From the NCBI RefSeq assembly GCF_030028105.1, contig NC_092374.1, forward strand, positions 8,608,998 to 8,672,997: DNA of 64,000 bases, in the 5' to 3' direction. Within the stretch, counting starts at the first letter, position 1, and every line of letters begins with the position of its first letter. The DNA comes from Mobula birostris. Lineage: Eukaryota. The translations under genes and the position numbers were made by a program. The notes beneath the pieces were generated by a model. The model had not been told where the DNA came from and searched no databases. It worked only from the letters and a program-made list of their open reading frames with translations. Shown one piece after another: positions 51,966 to 64,000 of this stretch.

Positions 51966-52022
<57 letters not shown>
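51965..52022. repeat. Compound (GT)n(GA)n microsatellite just upstream of the V1 acceptor
   Basis: Read directly from the sequence. It is (CT)n(CA)n on the gene's sense strand. Confidence 0.95.
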
Positions 52023-52199
52023 GGTGGGGGAGGGAGAAGGAAAGATCAACAGCGGAGCAGCTGGTGAACAGACAGAGTTTCAGAAAAAAAAACTGAACCG
52101 GATCCTGGTCTGTAGCGGCACGGGATATGGTAACGTATCGGTGAGCCTGGATTTTATATCGACACAGCCAAGTGGGTTACTGACGTGCGGCGGGTCCGG

Positions 52200-52560
52200 G
52201 GAATGGGTACATGTACTATAATGGATACCCGGGTGGGTGTTACAGCTTGTGGTCACACCCTTTTGGGGTCTGGGATGGGGTTTATATATGTAATAACAGA
52301 TACGCGGGGTTACAGGCTGAGGTCGGACGTGGGAGGGAGCGGGACGTGATTATTAGTATAATAACGGATACATGAGAACGGCATAGAGGCTTGGGTCTGA
52401 CGTGGGAGGGATCCGCGGTGAAGGGCATATGTAGTATAATGGATACCCAGGAGTGGGTTACCGGCGGGGGTCTGAAGTGGCAAAGGTGTGGGGGTGAGGG
52501 TTGTGTGTATAATAACGGATGCCCGGGAATCGGTTACAGGCTGGGATCCAGTGATGGTTT
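52200..52560. repeat. Degenerate minisatellite of about 70-80 bp, about 5 copies, in intron 1
   Basis: Recurring core tata(at/ataac)ggatacc...gttacag(g)ct...g(gg)tc. Confidence 0.5.
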
Positions 52561-53435
52561 CAGGGGTCTGTCATTGTCTGTTCCCCGGATCTGTTGGATT
52601 TATAATCCTCCTGCATCAGAGGGAAAGTAGTTGGAGATTCTGGGTATTGGTTGCAAACAGGAGAGTTCTTGGAATTACCTCAGAGTGAAAGAAAGGTTAC
52701 AGCTGGGTACGATAACATTCAACCTATTAAACTCATACTGGCCCGGTGTAAGAACCACCCACGCAGTCCGACTCGCCAATCCTCTCTCCACCGCCCCGCG
52801 AATTCATTTCAGACACTTGTAGCTCTCTCCTTTTCAACGCCGCCTTCCTACCTGGCCCCACGTTTCATTTCGAACACTACTGGGGTGGAAATAATGTGGC
52901 CAGGCAACTCTACAGCTCTTCGTCGAATCACTTTCATTCTGTAACGACATTTTTTCCCCGTCCACCAATGGGAACAGCCTCCCTCAGTCCACACTCTTCA
53001 TAATTTTAACTCTCCAACCCCGTCCCCCCAAAAGCAGGTCTCCATCGGGTATGTGGGTTAGAAGCAGGAGGCCTCGGCACCTCTAGATCTCACCACCATT
53101 GAAGCTGATCTACGTTAAACTCAACTCCCGATCCTCTCCCGCCGCCTAAATCCATCCACCCTCCCATGTGCCGAGGGTTCCACTCTGGGTTACAAAGTCC
53201 TGGGATCCAGATGTGTGTTCCTCCAGCTGTCAGGTCACCAGATCACCTCTACCAGAGGGAGTGTAGTGTGCGAAGGAGGAGGATCAGTCAGGAGCGCTTA
53301 GGGTTGGAAAGTCTCCCAATATCCCCTCACTCCCTGAGTGTAATCCAAGGCCCAGACAGCTGTAGAGCTGCCACAGCGGAAACCCGAATATTCGGATGAG
53401 GCAAGGAGATAATGAGGATAATGAAAAACACTTAC

Positions 53436-53496
53436 TGTATCCCTGGACTGAGATGGATAGCAGGATCGTGCAGAGGCAAACCCGGAGGGAACGCAT
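53436..53496 (-). CDS. Signal-peptide exon of minus-strand receptor
   Basis: ATG at 53496, MRSLRVCLCTILLSISVQGY, then A|GTAAGT (consensus donor). Phase 1, compatible with the V1 acceptor. Confidence 0.85.
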
Positions 53497-54166
53497 CGCC
53501 AACGCGTTAGTCTGACATCCTTTGTGCATCCTAAAACTGAAATGCAGAAGTCGTGTCAAGTATTGGTCATTTCGTCAAAGATCCACCACCCTTATAAACG
53601 GGTTATAATTCGACAAATCACTGATTTCTAACTGAACAGGGTTGGTATGTTGCAAGAGCAGCACCTTGTGGGCATCACGCATACGCATTCAGTCGTGACC
53701 ATCTGAAAACGGAAGAAGCCCCTGAGCAGTGCGGAGAGTTCGGATGCGTTCCCAAAACTGAACTTGAGAGGGCAAAGGGTAGCAATAAAGTTTCAACAGC
53801 AGACATGATTAAGGAGGTTCCTAAAACATTTCAAAATTCATTTACTCTCCTTAACCAAAACGTGTGTACCTTTGGGATGCCCGGGGTGAATTCCAATTAT
53901 TTATTCAGACTTGCTCAAAAATTCTGAATTCCCACAAGCCATTTTAAGTGAGGGCAGCTCTGACAAAATGTTCTGCTTCTCCCCGGGTTTGAAGGGTTTA
54001 TGGATGGAGGTAATCAGTGTTAAAAGCTGGCTGAAGCAGTCACGGTGGTCGATTTACCGTTGTGTGATATCAATGGCTGCCATCCCAACCTATTGTCCCC
54101 TCAAATATCTCCAAATTAATTCCCATATTGAGCAAAATATAAAGGATGGGTAAAAATTGAACAGTA

Positions 54167-55033
54167 CGTTATTAAGAACCAGCAGCAATAGACCACAGAC
54201 TCAGCTTTTAATATTAAACGAATGTATTTTCAATACCACCCCAAAAATATAGACATTTGAACAGATTTAAACAGATTACTCCCCTAAACAAAGAAAACAG
54301 AGTTTACTACCTCTTAGCGCACAAATTGTGGATGTTTAGAAACAGTTCTTCCCACGTCTTAGGATGGCAACCCAGAAGGTTCCCAAAACTACGGGAGCAG
54401 GTACAGGTGTCTGTAAAGAAGGGTTTTAAAATCCACCTTAAGTTGACAATGAGGTCGATCGCGGGGCAATTCCAGGGGACAAGTGATCATCGCGTTCACA
54501 CTGGGACTACACAGGGAAAACAAGGCAACAGTCACGGAAGGTTCTAGACATCGAGTAGACGTCATTTAAAAACGGGAGTCCATGCGGAAGTAACAAAGTC
54601 TAAGTTCCAAACTCCACGTGAGGATATCCCAAGGTGACAGTCACGGAATATTTTCTAACACGAGTGGTGGCCACGTTACACACCCGAATCCATTCTTGGA
54701 TTAACAAAAAGTGTTTATCGCAGATACAGTCAGAAATCCATGTGTGGATCATACAAAGTGACAGTCAGGTATCCAATATGCTCGGTGTGCCGTTAATTTT
54801 GATAATCCTCCGGACATGGAGAAATATTGGCATCGCCTAATGCTGTACTGGACCCTTTACTAACTCCATCCAGCTCACTCTCCCGCTGGCGTAGCTACTG
54901 AAGTTTCCAGAAAACTCCCGATCTGAGTCGAAGAACCCTTCCCCCGTTTGTTATATGACGTCATCCCCACGCACGTAAATGACGCTTACGTTTAATCAAA
55001 GCAGCGGTAACATGGAACAGCATAGTTACCACA
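54167..55033 (-). mobile_element. Putative solo LTR upstream of the receptor gene
   Basis: The minus strand starts TGTGG, has TGACGTCA-TATAA near its 5' end and ends ...AATAACG. Flanks are acagta and acagtg (imperfect TSD). No family match could be run. Confidence 0.35.
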
Positions 55034-55274
55034 ACAGTGTATGCACTCTGTAATATTGCACTCGGTGCCGCTGAACTCACGATGCCCTTTCATAGGAAAG
55101 TTTGTTGCCTCAAAAAAATTAAACTCATTCTTACCAACACACAAACACATTATCAATTAAGTATCATACTGCACTAACTCTCTGAACGAGTATACACACT
55201 CACTCCACTAGCGACCCGTCCCGAACGGTCAGTAACCACCTTTCGCAACTGGAATCCGTTCTCATTACACTACC

Positions 55275-55637
55275 CAGAAATGTTTGGTCTCCAGCGCATC
55301 TGTAGATGTGAGCTTCCCACTATTCAGGACATTTACAAAGACAGCTATGTAAGAAGGTCGCAAAGGATCATTGGGGACCCAAGTCACCCCAACCACAAAC
55401 TGTTCCAGCTGCTACCATCCGGGAAACGGTACTGCAGTATAAAAGCCAGGACCAACAGGCTCCGGGACAGCTTCGTCCACCAGGCTTTCAGACTGCTTAA
55501 CTCACGCTAATACAATTGTATTTCTATGTTATATTGACTGTTCTGTTATACATACTATTTATTATAAATTGCACATTACATATTTTAAAGGGAGACGTAA
55601 CGTAAAGATTTTTACTCCTCGTGTATATGAAGGATGT
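55275..55637 (+). mobile_element. Rex1/Babar-like 3' end
   Basis: ELPTIQDIYK...IIGDPSHPNHKLFQLLPSGKRYCSIKARTNRLRDSF. Confidence 0.75.
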
Positions 55638-55781
55638 NNNNNNNNNNNNNNNNNNNNNNNNNNNNNNNNNNNNNNNNNNNNNNNNNNNNNNNNNNNNNNN
55701 NNNNNNNNNNNNNNNNNNNNNNNNNNNNNNNNNNNNNNNNNNNNNNNNNNNNNNNNNNNNNNNNNNNNNNNNNNNNNNNNN
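55638..55781. other. Assembly gap (144 N)
   Basis: Run of N at the tail of the preceding LINE. Confidence 0.99.
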
Positions 55782-56819
55782 CCGTGAAGAGTCTGAGAGC
55801 AGTTTCATAGAATTTGTCCTATTTGTATTTGAGGCTGGTGATACGGGCTTTCGGGCTTTTGTGACTTCTGCCTCATAGGAGAGAGAGAAGAGAGAATCTC
55901 CGGGTTGTGTGGGCTGTTTGATTATGCTGGTTCTTTACTGAAACCAAAGTCTGTAGAGGAGAGTTGCAGTTGACGTTTCAGGCCGAGACCCTGTCGAAGG
56001 GTCTCGGCCTGAAACGTCGACTGTACCTCTTCCTAGAGATGCTGCCTGGCCTGCTGCGTTCACCAGCAACTTTTATGTGTGTTGCTTGAATTTCCAGCGT
56101 CTGCTGAATTCCTGTTGTTTCTATAGAGGAGAGGCTGTTTCCTCTGATGTGCAGAGCTGCGTCCGCAGATTCCTATGATTACGTGCAGAACAGTTGCCAT
56201 ACTAGGGCGTTATGTATCCAGACTGAACACTTGGTAGCTACATCGGGAACGTGCCGAATTCCTTCAACCCCCTGAGGACGTAGAGACGGTTTTGAGTTTT
56301 CTTTGCCGTAACGTCAACGTGATTGGAACAGGACAAGCTGCTGGTAATGGTCACAGCTAGGAACTTGAAATTCTCAACCCTCTCAACCTCTAGATTGTTA
56401 ATGTAGAGCGCAGCATGTGCACCGCCATCCCTGGCCCCCAACCTTCCCCACAATCTGAAATCAATGACCTGTTTTATTGCGCTGTTGACATTGAGTGAAA
56501 GGTTCTTGCCATGAAACCATGGCATTAAGCTCTCTGTCTCTTTCCTGAACTCCGACGTATAGTCTGCAGAAGACTGATGAGATTACTGAAACTTTGCTAT
56601 CTCAGGTAAGGAGCCAGACGAATGGAAGACAGCGTATGTCTGTTTCATTTATTCGGAACAGTAGCTACTGATCAGTTGCGACGAAGTGTCTTCGACATGA
56701 AACGTTACTCTGTTTCTCTTCCCACACATACTGCCCGACCAGCTGAGTATTTCCAGCATTTTCAGTTTTGTTACTTCTGCTGTTTTATTTTCAATTTCAT
56801 TTTTCATATTTCAATAGAA

Positions 56820-59770
56820 GATCAAGATGGCGCCGTATTCGGCGGGCGTGTTGCGAGCTCCGTTCCAAATCTACTGTATACTACTAATTCTTACGATTTT
56901 CTTAGCATTTTCTGTCCAAGTAGCTGATAGTCACATCAGATACAATAGACTGACCCTTCTGAAGATCGGAAAGACGGCATTTACCCACTATGTGCCGCCT
57001 TTCCTACACTGTGAACCCCTGCTCGGGCGATCCATGGGAGACTCATCTCTTACGCTGCCACGACCTCGGAAGAAGGGCCGGAGGCGAGGAGAAGGACCAG
57101 CGTCCTGTTAAGGGTGAGACGGCATGCAAATAAACTGCCGCTCCCTGGCTAACGTTCAGTCCCTGGATGACAATCTTTGCGAACTGAGAGCCAGAATCTC
57201 CTATCAGTGGAAACCAAAGGAATGCAACGTTTTGTGCTTCGTGGAGACCTGGCTGACGGAGGAGATACCGGATCATTCCATCTCTTGTCTCCTAGTGTAA
57301 AGTGCCCTCCTGCTTCAAATTATCCACCATTGTCCCTGTACCAAAAAGGTAACATGCCTGCACGACTGGCGTCCTGTTGCATTCACTTCAATAATAAGCA
57401 AATACTTTGAGAGGCTGGTCAAGACTGCAGCATGCTACCACCCAAAATGGACCCCGTACAATTCGCCTACCGGCACAACCGATCGGCAGACGATGCAATA
57501 GCTACTGCTCTACATACCGTCCTTACACATCTGGAGAAGAAGGATGCTTACGTGAGAATGCTGTTCTTGGACTACAGTTCAGCATTCAACACCATAGTTC
57601 CATCCAGGCTCGACAGAAACTCAGAGACCTGGGCCTTGACCCTGCCTTGAGCAGCTGGATGCTGGACTTCCTTTCAGATAGCCAGCAGGTGGTAAGAGTG
57701 GGCTCCCTCACCGCCACCCCTCTGACTCTCAACACAGGTGCCCCTCAGGGCTGTGCACTAAGTCCTCTCCTTTACTCCTTGTATACCCATGACTGTGTAG
57801 CCACCCACAGCTCCAATCTACTAATTAAATTTGCCGACGACACCACATTCATTGGCCTTACCTCGAACAATAACGAGGTGGCCTACAGGGAAGAAGTTAT
57901 CTCTCTGACACAGGGGTGTTAGGAAAACACCTCTCCCTCAATGTCGCAGAAACAAAGGAGCTGGTTGTGGATTACAGGAGGAATGGAGACGGGCTAACCC
58001 CTATTGACATCAATGGATCTGGGGTTGAGAGAGTAAAGAGCTTTAGGTTCCTCGGCATCCACATCACTGAGGACCACACACCAGCTGTGTGGTGCAAAAA
58101 GCACAGCAGCGCCTCTTTCACCTCAGACGATCGAGGAAGATTGGTAAGGGCCGCCAGATCCTAAGAACTTTCCACAGGGGCACAATTGAGAGCCTCCTGA
58201 CTGGCTGCCTCGCTGCCTGATATGGGAACTGTACCTCCCTGTCATGGTCTGGTCCGTGAAGCCCGTATTCCGTTTCACGGTCCGGTCCATAGTTCCTTAT
58301 TCCAGGGTTTCTGGTTTCCCCCAGTTTCTGTTGTAGGCACATGATTCTCGTTTTGGGGCTGAGACATAAATACCTCTGCAAACCAGGGATTCCCTGCTGG
58401 ACTGTTCTGTTCCCCTCCTTGTCTTCCCCACCTCGCCTGACTCTCTGCCTGGATACCTCGCCTGACTCTCTGCCTGCTCTGCTAGCCTTGATACCCCGCC
58501 TGTACCGCTGAAGTTTTACAGCCGGACCAAGACCGGAGCCTTGTTAGATCAGGATAAGGACCTGTCTTTCGTTGTGTGGAATTGTTTCTCGGTGTCATAC
58601 GCCTTCGCTAGGTAGGCCCGGCGGTTTGCCGCCACCTTGTTTTGGGATCCGTCTCTTCATGTTCAGCGTTCTGTGTATGAGTCCCGGCCCTACGTCCTCT
58701 TCCCAAGGAGGATTCCCGGCACTGTGTTCCGTGCTCCCGTCTCTTCTAGTCCAAGGTTCCGTGCTCCTGCAGGCCCTCGTCCAGTCCGTGCCCAGTCCAG
58801 TCCGATCCGAGTACTGTCCATGTGCGTTTACCTGTTCTTGTGTCTCGCCCTACCCAGGAGTTCCTCACCCAAGAAATGCCAGTCCTGTAGCCTCGTCTTG
58901 TCCTCGCCTAGTTCTGGAGTCTGAGCCCGAGTCAAGTCCCAGGTTCTGGGTCCTTGCCTAGTCTCTGGCTCGGAGTCCATACCCAAGCCTCGAAATACTC
59001 TAGACTCAAGCCTCAAGACCCCAAGCCTGTGTCCAAGCCTCAAGACCCCGAGCCTGTCTCCAAGCCTCTGGACCCCAGCCACGTCCTGTCCTGTAGTCAT
59101 GTTATGTTCTTGCCTGGTTCTATGGCCCGACCCCGAGGCAAGACCCAGGTTCCATGTCCTTGTCCAGTCTCTGGCTCGGAGTACAAGCCCAGGCTCCTAG
59201 TTCGTAGTTCCTTGCCCAGTCTCTGGCTCGGGGTTCAAGCCCAGGCTCCTAGTTCATAGTTCCTTGTCCGGTTTCCCTGTTTCTTGTCCATGTCCTAGCC
59301 CAGGTCTTGCATCCTTGTCCTGTTTTTAGTACTTCAGTGTCTGTGTCTTGCATTTGGGTCTGCCATCAACGCACGCATTGTGACACTCCCTTAATCGCAG
59401 GACTCTGCAGAGAGTGGTGCGGACAGCCAGCGCATCTGTAGTTATGAACTTCCCATGATTCAGGACTATTGCAAGGACAGGTGTGTAAACAGGGCCCGAA
59501 GGACCATTGGGGACCCGGGTCACCCCAACGACAATCTATTCCAGCTGCCATCATCCGGGAAACGGTATCGCGGCATAAAAGCCAGGATCAATAGGCTCCG
59601 GGACAGCTTCTTCCACCAGGCCATCAAACTGATTAACTCACGCTGATTTGAATGTACTCTATATTACATTGACTGTTCTATTTATTATATATTATCATAA
59701 ATTACTCTGATTGCACGTTGCACATTTAGATTGAGACGTAATGTAAAGATTTTTACTCCCCATGTGTGGA
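56820..59770 (+). mobile_element. Rex1/Babar-like LINE, decayed, split by a solo LTR
   Basis: [18 protein letters not shown]...[10 protein letters not shown]...GAPQGCALSPLLYSLYTHDC...KFADDT. The 3' end resumes at 59386. Confidence 0.85.
58240..59385 (-). mobile_element. Solo-LTR-like element with perfect 5-bp TSD
   Basis: Termini TGTCA...TGACA with ctccc on both sides (58235-58239 and 59386-59390). Ends are homologous to 17846-19585 in reverse complement. Confidence 0.82.
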
Positions 59771-59949
59771 AGAAAAATAGTAAGATACTGTGACGAACGT
59801 TAAGGGGTTAATGACCTTCTTCTAGAATGTGAATTCGAAGTCTGTAATCACTTCTCTGCGACTGATGTACGCCAGGATTTGCCTGGTGGCCGCTGATGGA
59901 GTAACAGCTCTCTGCTGGTGTTCTTAACTTGCTTACTTTTGACTCCAAC

Positions 59950-60760
59950 CTTTTGAAGTACTACTGTTAGACGGGTTATTATATTACTATGACTACCAAA
60001 GCAGCATTGGAAGCTATTCAAAAGCTTACTGAGGAGTTTCAACAGTTCAGGAAAGAAGCGTCGGCTGATTCGCAATAGATCAGAGCGGAAATTAAACAAA
60101 TATGTAAGAAATTAGACGATTTTCAAGCAATTCTAACCAAGCATGATAAGAAGATCAAGGAACATGAAGAGGTTATTACTATACTGGACGACAGAATGGA
60201 TGATTTGCAAAAGTTGTATGAAAAACAATCCATGTCCAACGAAATACTGAGACAGAAGATTGTTGATTTGGAAAACAGGAGTAGGAGAGAAACAACTTAC
60301 GATTCTTTGGACTTAAAGGGCAAACGGAATGAGATAATCTTAAAGAATTCTTTGCAAACTTTTTGATTGAATTATTCCCTGATATTATAAAGACTCTGCC
60401 TTTGATTGATCGTGCTCACAGATCACTTATCTACTGATCGACTTCAAAATCAAAACCAAGATCAGTCATTATATGTTTCCATGAATTTCAAATAAAGGAC
60501 CGTCTGATTCGTGATGCCCGTGGGAAAGTTGTGGTTCACTACCAAGGTCAGAAGATTCGTATTGTTGAAGATTTTTTCATCAGAAGTTATGGCAGAAAGT
60601 GTTAAGTTTAAAAAAGTTATGGCGGAGCTGCACAGCCAAAATTTTAAGCCTTCTCTTCGTTTTCCGGCTCGTCTGAGAATCGCAATGGAAGATGGATCAT
60701 TTAAATGGTTTTGTACGAAGGGGCAGGCGCAAGAATTTTTAGGCTCAAAACAATGACTCT
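59950..60760 (+). mobile_element. L1 ORF1 (coiled coil/RRM), frameshifted
   Basis: Pieces read LENRSRR, IDRAHRSL, KPRSVIICFHEFQIKDRLIR and FKPSLRFPARLRI. Confidence 0.75.
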
Positions 60761-60789
60761 CTCTCCATATATATATATGGTGGTGGAAT

Positions 60790-62330
60790 CCGTTAGTCTC
60801 GCGAGACCATGGATCTACGCCTGGGAAGTCTTGGTTCAGTCTGTGTTAGAGCAGCGTCTGTTGCGGCTGTGGAGGCCCACCCGGGAGTGACAGTCTCGGC
60901 TGCAGCGACTGCACTTGAAGGCGCTGTCCTCCAGTGTTGTCTTGGTGCTGTTTTTCCGACCTCTCCAGCCTCCAGTGAGAGCGATCGCTTGCGATGTCCT
61001 CCCGCCTCTCGACGTTCATTTTCAGTGACTTCCTGTCTCTCTTGCAAACGTCTTTGAAACGAAGATGGGGCCGCCCTTGTGCTCTCTTGCCGGAGGCCAG
61101 TTCCCCGTACAGCAGGTCTTTCGGGATGCTCCCGTCTGACATGCGGTGTACGTGGCCCAGCCAGCGGAGACGGCGTTGTTGGAGCAGGGTGAAGAGGCTG
61201 GGTATCTGGGCGCAGGCCAGAACCTCATTGTTGGTGACTTGGTCAGTCCACGTGATGTCCAGGATGCGTCTCAGGCTGCGAAGGTGGAAGGCGTTGAGAC
61301 GCCGCTCTTGTCTGTAGTAAAGGCTCCAGGTAAAGCAGTGTGCTGAGGACGCAGGCCCTGTAGACTGCAACTTTGGTGTGCGTCGTCAGCTTTCTCTTCT
61401 CTCAGACTCTCTTAGTCAACCTGGCGAATGTTGAGGCTGCTCGTCCGATCAATATGTTAATCTCGGGATCTAGGGAGAGGCTGTCCGTGAAGGTGGAGCC
61501 AAGGTAGGTAAACTCGTGAACTACCTCTAACTCGTAGTTGTTGACGGTTATGGCGGGGGGTGCTCAACACCTTGGCCCAACACGTTGGTTTTCTTCAGGC
61601 TGATGGTCAAGCTGAAGTCCTGGCAGGCTCTTGAGAAGCTGTCCATGAGGCGTTGCAGTTGCTGTTCAGAGTGTGTTGCCAGTGCCGCATTGTCTGCAAA
61701 CGACATGTCCCTGATGAGTACTTCACGAACTTTGGTTTTTGCCCTCAGCCGGGACAGACTGAACAGCCTCCCGTCCGATCTGGTGTGGAGGTAGACACCA
61801 TCAGTTGATGTTCCAAAGGTGTGCTTCAGCATGACTGCGAAGAAGATGCCAAACAGGGTGGGGGCAAGCACACGGCCCTGCCTCACACCACGCAGATGTT
61901 GAAGGCCTCCAAAGAAGAGCCGTCGAACTGATCGACACCCTTCATTTCTGTGTGGAATGAATGAACTATCCTGAGGAGCCTCGGGGGACAACCAATCCTG
62001 GCGAGGATATTGAACAGGCCGTCTCTGCTCACAAGGTCGAAGGCCTTCGTAAGGTCAATGAAAGCGACATAGAGTGGTTGTCTTTGCTCTCTGCATTTCT
62101 CTTGTAGCTGTCGAAGGGGGAAGATCATGACGACTGTGGAGCGTTCTGACCAGAAACCACACTGAGACTCGGGATATACACTTCGGCTATTTTCTGCAGT
62201 CTATTCAGGACCACGCGGGTGAAGACCTTCCCACTGATGCTCAGCAAGGATATTCTTCTGTAGTTGTTACAGTCGCTTCTGTCCCCTTTGTTCTTATATA
62301 TGGTGACAATGTTGCAGTCTCTCATCAGGG
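60790..62330 (-). mobile_element. RTE (BovB-like) LINE RT fragment
   Basis: YVAFIDLTKAFDLVSRDGL, GVRQGRVLAPTLFGIFF, FADNAAL and RLRWLGHVHRMSDGSIPKDLLYGEL. Confidence 0.87.
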
Positions 62331-64000
62331 ATAGTATCAATTCCAAAGAAGAAACATACAAATTAGCCAGAACAAGTGGCTCACCTGAGGACTAGGAGAA
62401 ATTCAGAGTCCAGCAGAGGAGGGCAAAGGGCTTAATTAGAAAGGGGAAAAAAGATTGAGAGAAAACTGGCAGGGAACATAAAAACTGACTGTAAAAGCTT
62501 TTATAGATATGTGAAAAGAAAAAGATTGGTTAAGACAAATGTAGGTCCCTTACAGACAGAAACAGGTGAATTGATTATGGGGAACAAGGACATGGCAGAC
62601 CAATTGCATAACGACTTTGGTTCTGTCTTCACTAAGGAGGACATAAATAATCTACCGGAAATAGTAGGGGACAGAGGGTCTAGTGAGATAGAGGAACTGA
62701 GGGAAATACATGTTAGTAGGGAAGTGGTGCTAGGTAAATTGAAGGGATTAAAGGAAGATAAATCCCCAAGGCCAGATGGTCTGCATCCCAGAGTGCTTAA
62801 GGAAGAAGCCCAAGATGTTGGACTAGTTCCTGAGGATTGGAAGGTGGCTAATGTAACCTCTCTTTTTAAAAAAGGAGGAGAGAGAAACCAGGGAATTATA
62901 GACCGGTTAGCCTAACATTGGTGGTGGGGAAAATGCCAGAGTCAGTTATCAAAGATGTGATAACAGCACATTTGGAAAGCGGTGAAATCATCGGACAAAG
63001 TCAGCATGGATTTGTGAAAGGAAAATCATGTCTGACGAATCTCATAGAATTTTTTGAGGATGTAACTAGTAGAGTGGATAGGGGAGAACCAGTGGATGTG
63101 GTATATTTGGATTTTCAAAAGGCTTTTGACAAGATCCCACACAGGAGATTAGTGTGCAAACTTAAAGCACACGGTATTGGGGGTAAGGTATTGATGTGGG
63201 TAGCGAATTGGTTGGCAGACAGGAAGCAAAGAGTGGGAATAAACGGGACCTTTTCAGAATGGCAGGCAGAGACTAGTGGGGTACCGCAAGGCTCAGTGCT
63301 GGGACCCCAGTTGTTTACAATATATATTAAGACTTAGACGAGGGAATTAAATGCAGCATCTCCATGTTTGCGGATGACACGAAGCTAGACGGCAGTGTTA
63401 GCTGTGAGGAGGATGCTAAGAGGATTCAGGGTGACTTGGATAAGTCAGGTGAGTGGGCAAATTCATGGCAGATGCAATTTAATGTGGATAAATGTGAGGT
63501 TATCCACTTTGGTGGCAAAAACAGGAAAACAGATTATTATCTGAATGGTGGCCGATTAGGAAAAGGGGAGGTGCAACGAGACCTGGGTGTCATTATACAC
63601 CAGTCATTGAAAGTGGGCATGCAGGTACAGCAGGCAGTGAAAAAGGCGAATGGTGTGCTGGCATTCATAGCAAGAGGATTCGAGTACAGGAGCAGGGAGG
63701 TACTACTGCAGTTGTACAAGGCCTTGGTGAGACCACACCTGGAATATTGTGTGCAGTTTTGGTCCCTTAATCTGAGGAAAGACATTCTTGCCATAATGGG
63801 AGTACAAAGAAGGTTCACCAGATTGATTCCTGGGATGGCAGGACTTTCATATGAGGAAAGACTGGATCGACTAGGCTTATACGTGTTGGAATTTAGAAGA
63901 TTGAGTTTGAATCTTATTGAAACATATAAAATCCTAAAGGGATTGGACAGGCTAGATGCAGGAAGATTGTTCCTGATGTTGGGGAAGTCCAGAACGAGGG
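62330..64000 (+). mobile_element. CR1 LINE ORF2 (RT), running off the window
   Basis: QHGFVKGKSCLTNLIEFFE...YLDFQKAFDKIPH...GVPQGSVLGPQLF. Confidence 0.92.

Noticed and set aside
1085-63818. RT, endonuclease and transposase ORFs as active elements or host genes
   Set aside because: All are truncated or broken by stops, frameshifts or nested insertions; none looks domesticated.

Overview
This is vertebrate genomic DNA, most consistent with a cartilaginous fish (ray-like). That assignment is inferred from the repeat content: CR1, Rex1/Babar, L1, RTE, Penelope, SINE and Tc1 elements. Most of the window is decayed transposons. The non-repeat signal is a tail-to-tail, inverted pair of Ig-superfamily receptor genes resembling SIGLEC15. 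The minus-strand copy reads as an in-frame 4-exon gene: leader 53436-53496, V1 51549-51935, V2 48474-48869, TM 47496-47595. The plus-strand paralog shows only V2 (3203-3595) and TM (12470-12569); its leader and V1 were not found and presumably lie left of the window. Both genes have a lysine in the TM helix (GLKTL) and an unusually long, His/Tyr/Pro-rich F-G loop in V2. The minus copy has lost the canonical B-strand Cys in both V domains. Between the genes, a locus-specific non-coding block occurs in about 7 copies that switch orientation near 28-29 kb, including a 2.8-kb tandem triplication, so the region looks like an old inverted duplication. Other features are a multi-level TE nest that enlarges one intron tenfold, three related solo-LTR-like elements carrying internal tandem arrays, and four N gaps. 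Splice sites and TSDs were counted by hand; repeat boundaries are approximate.
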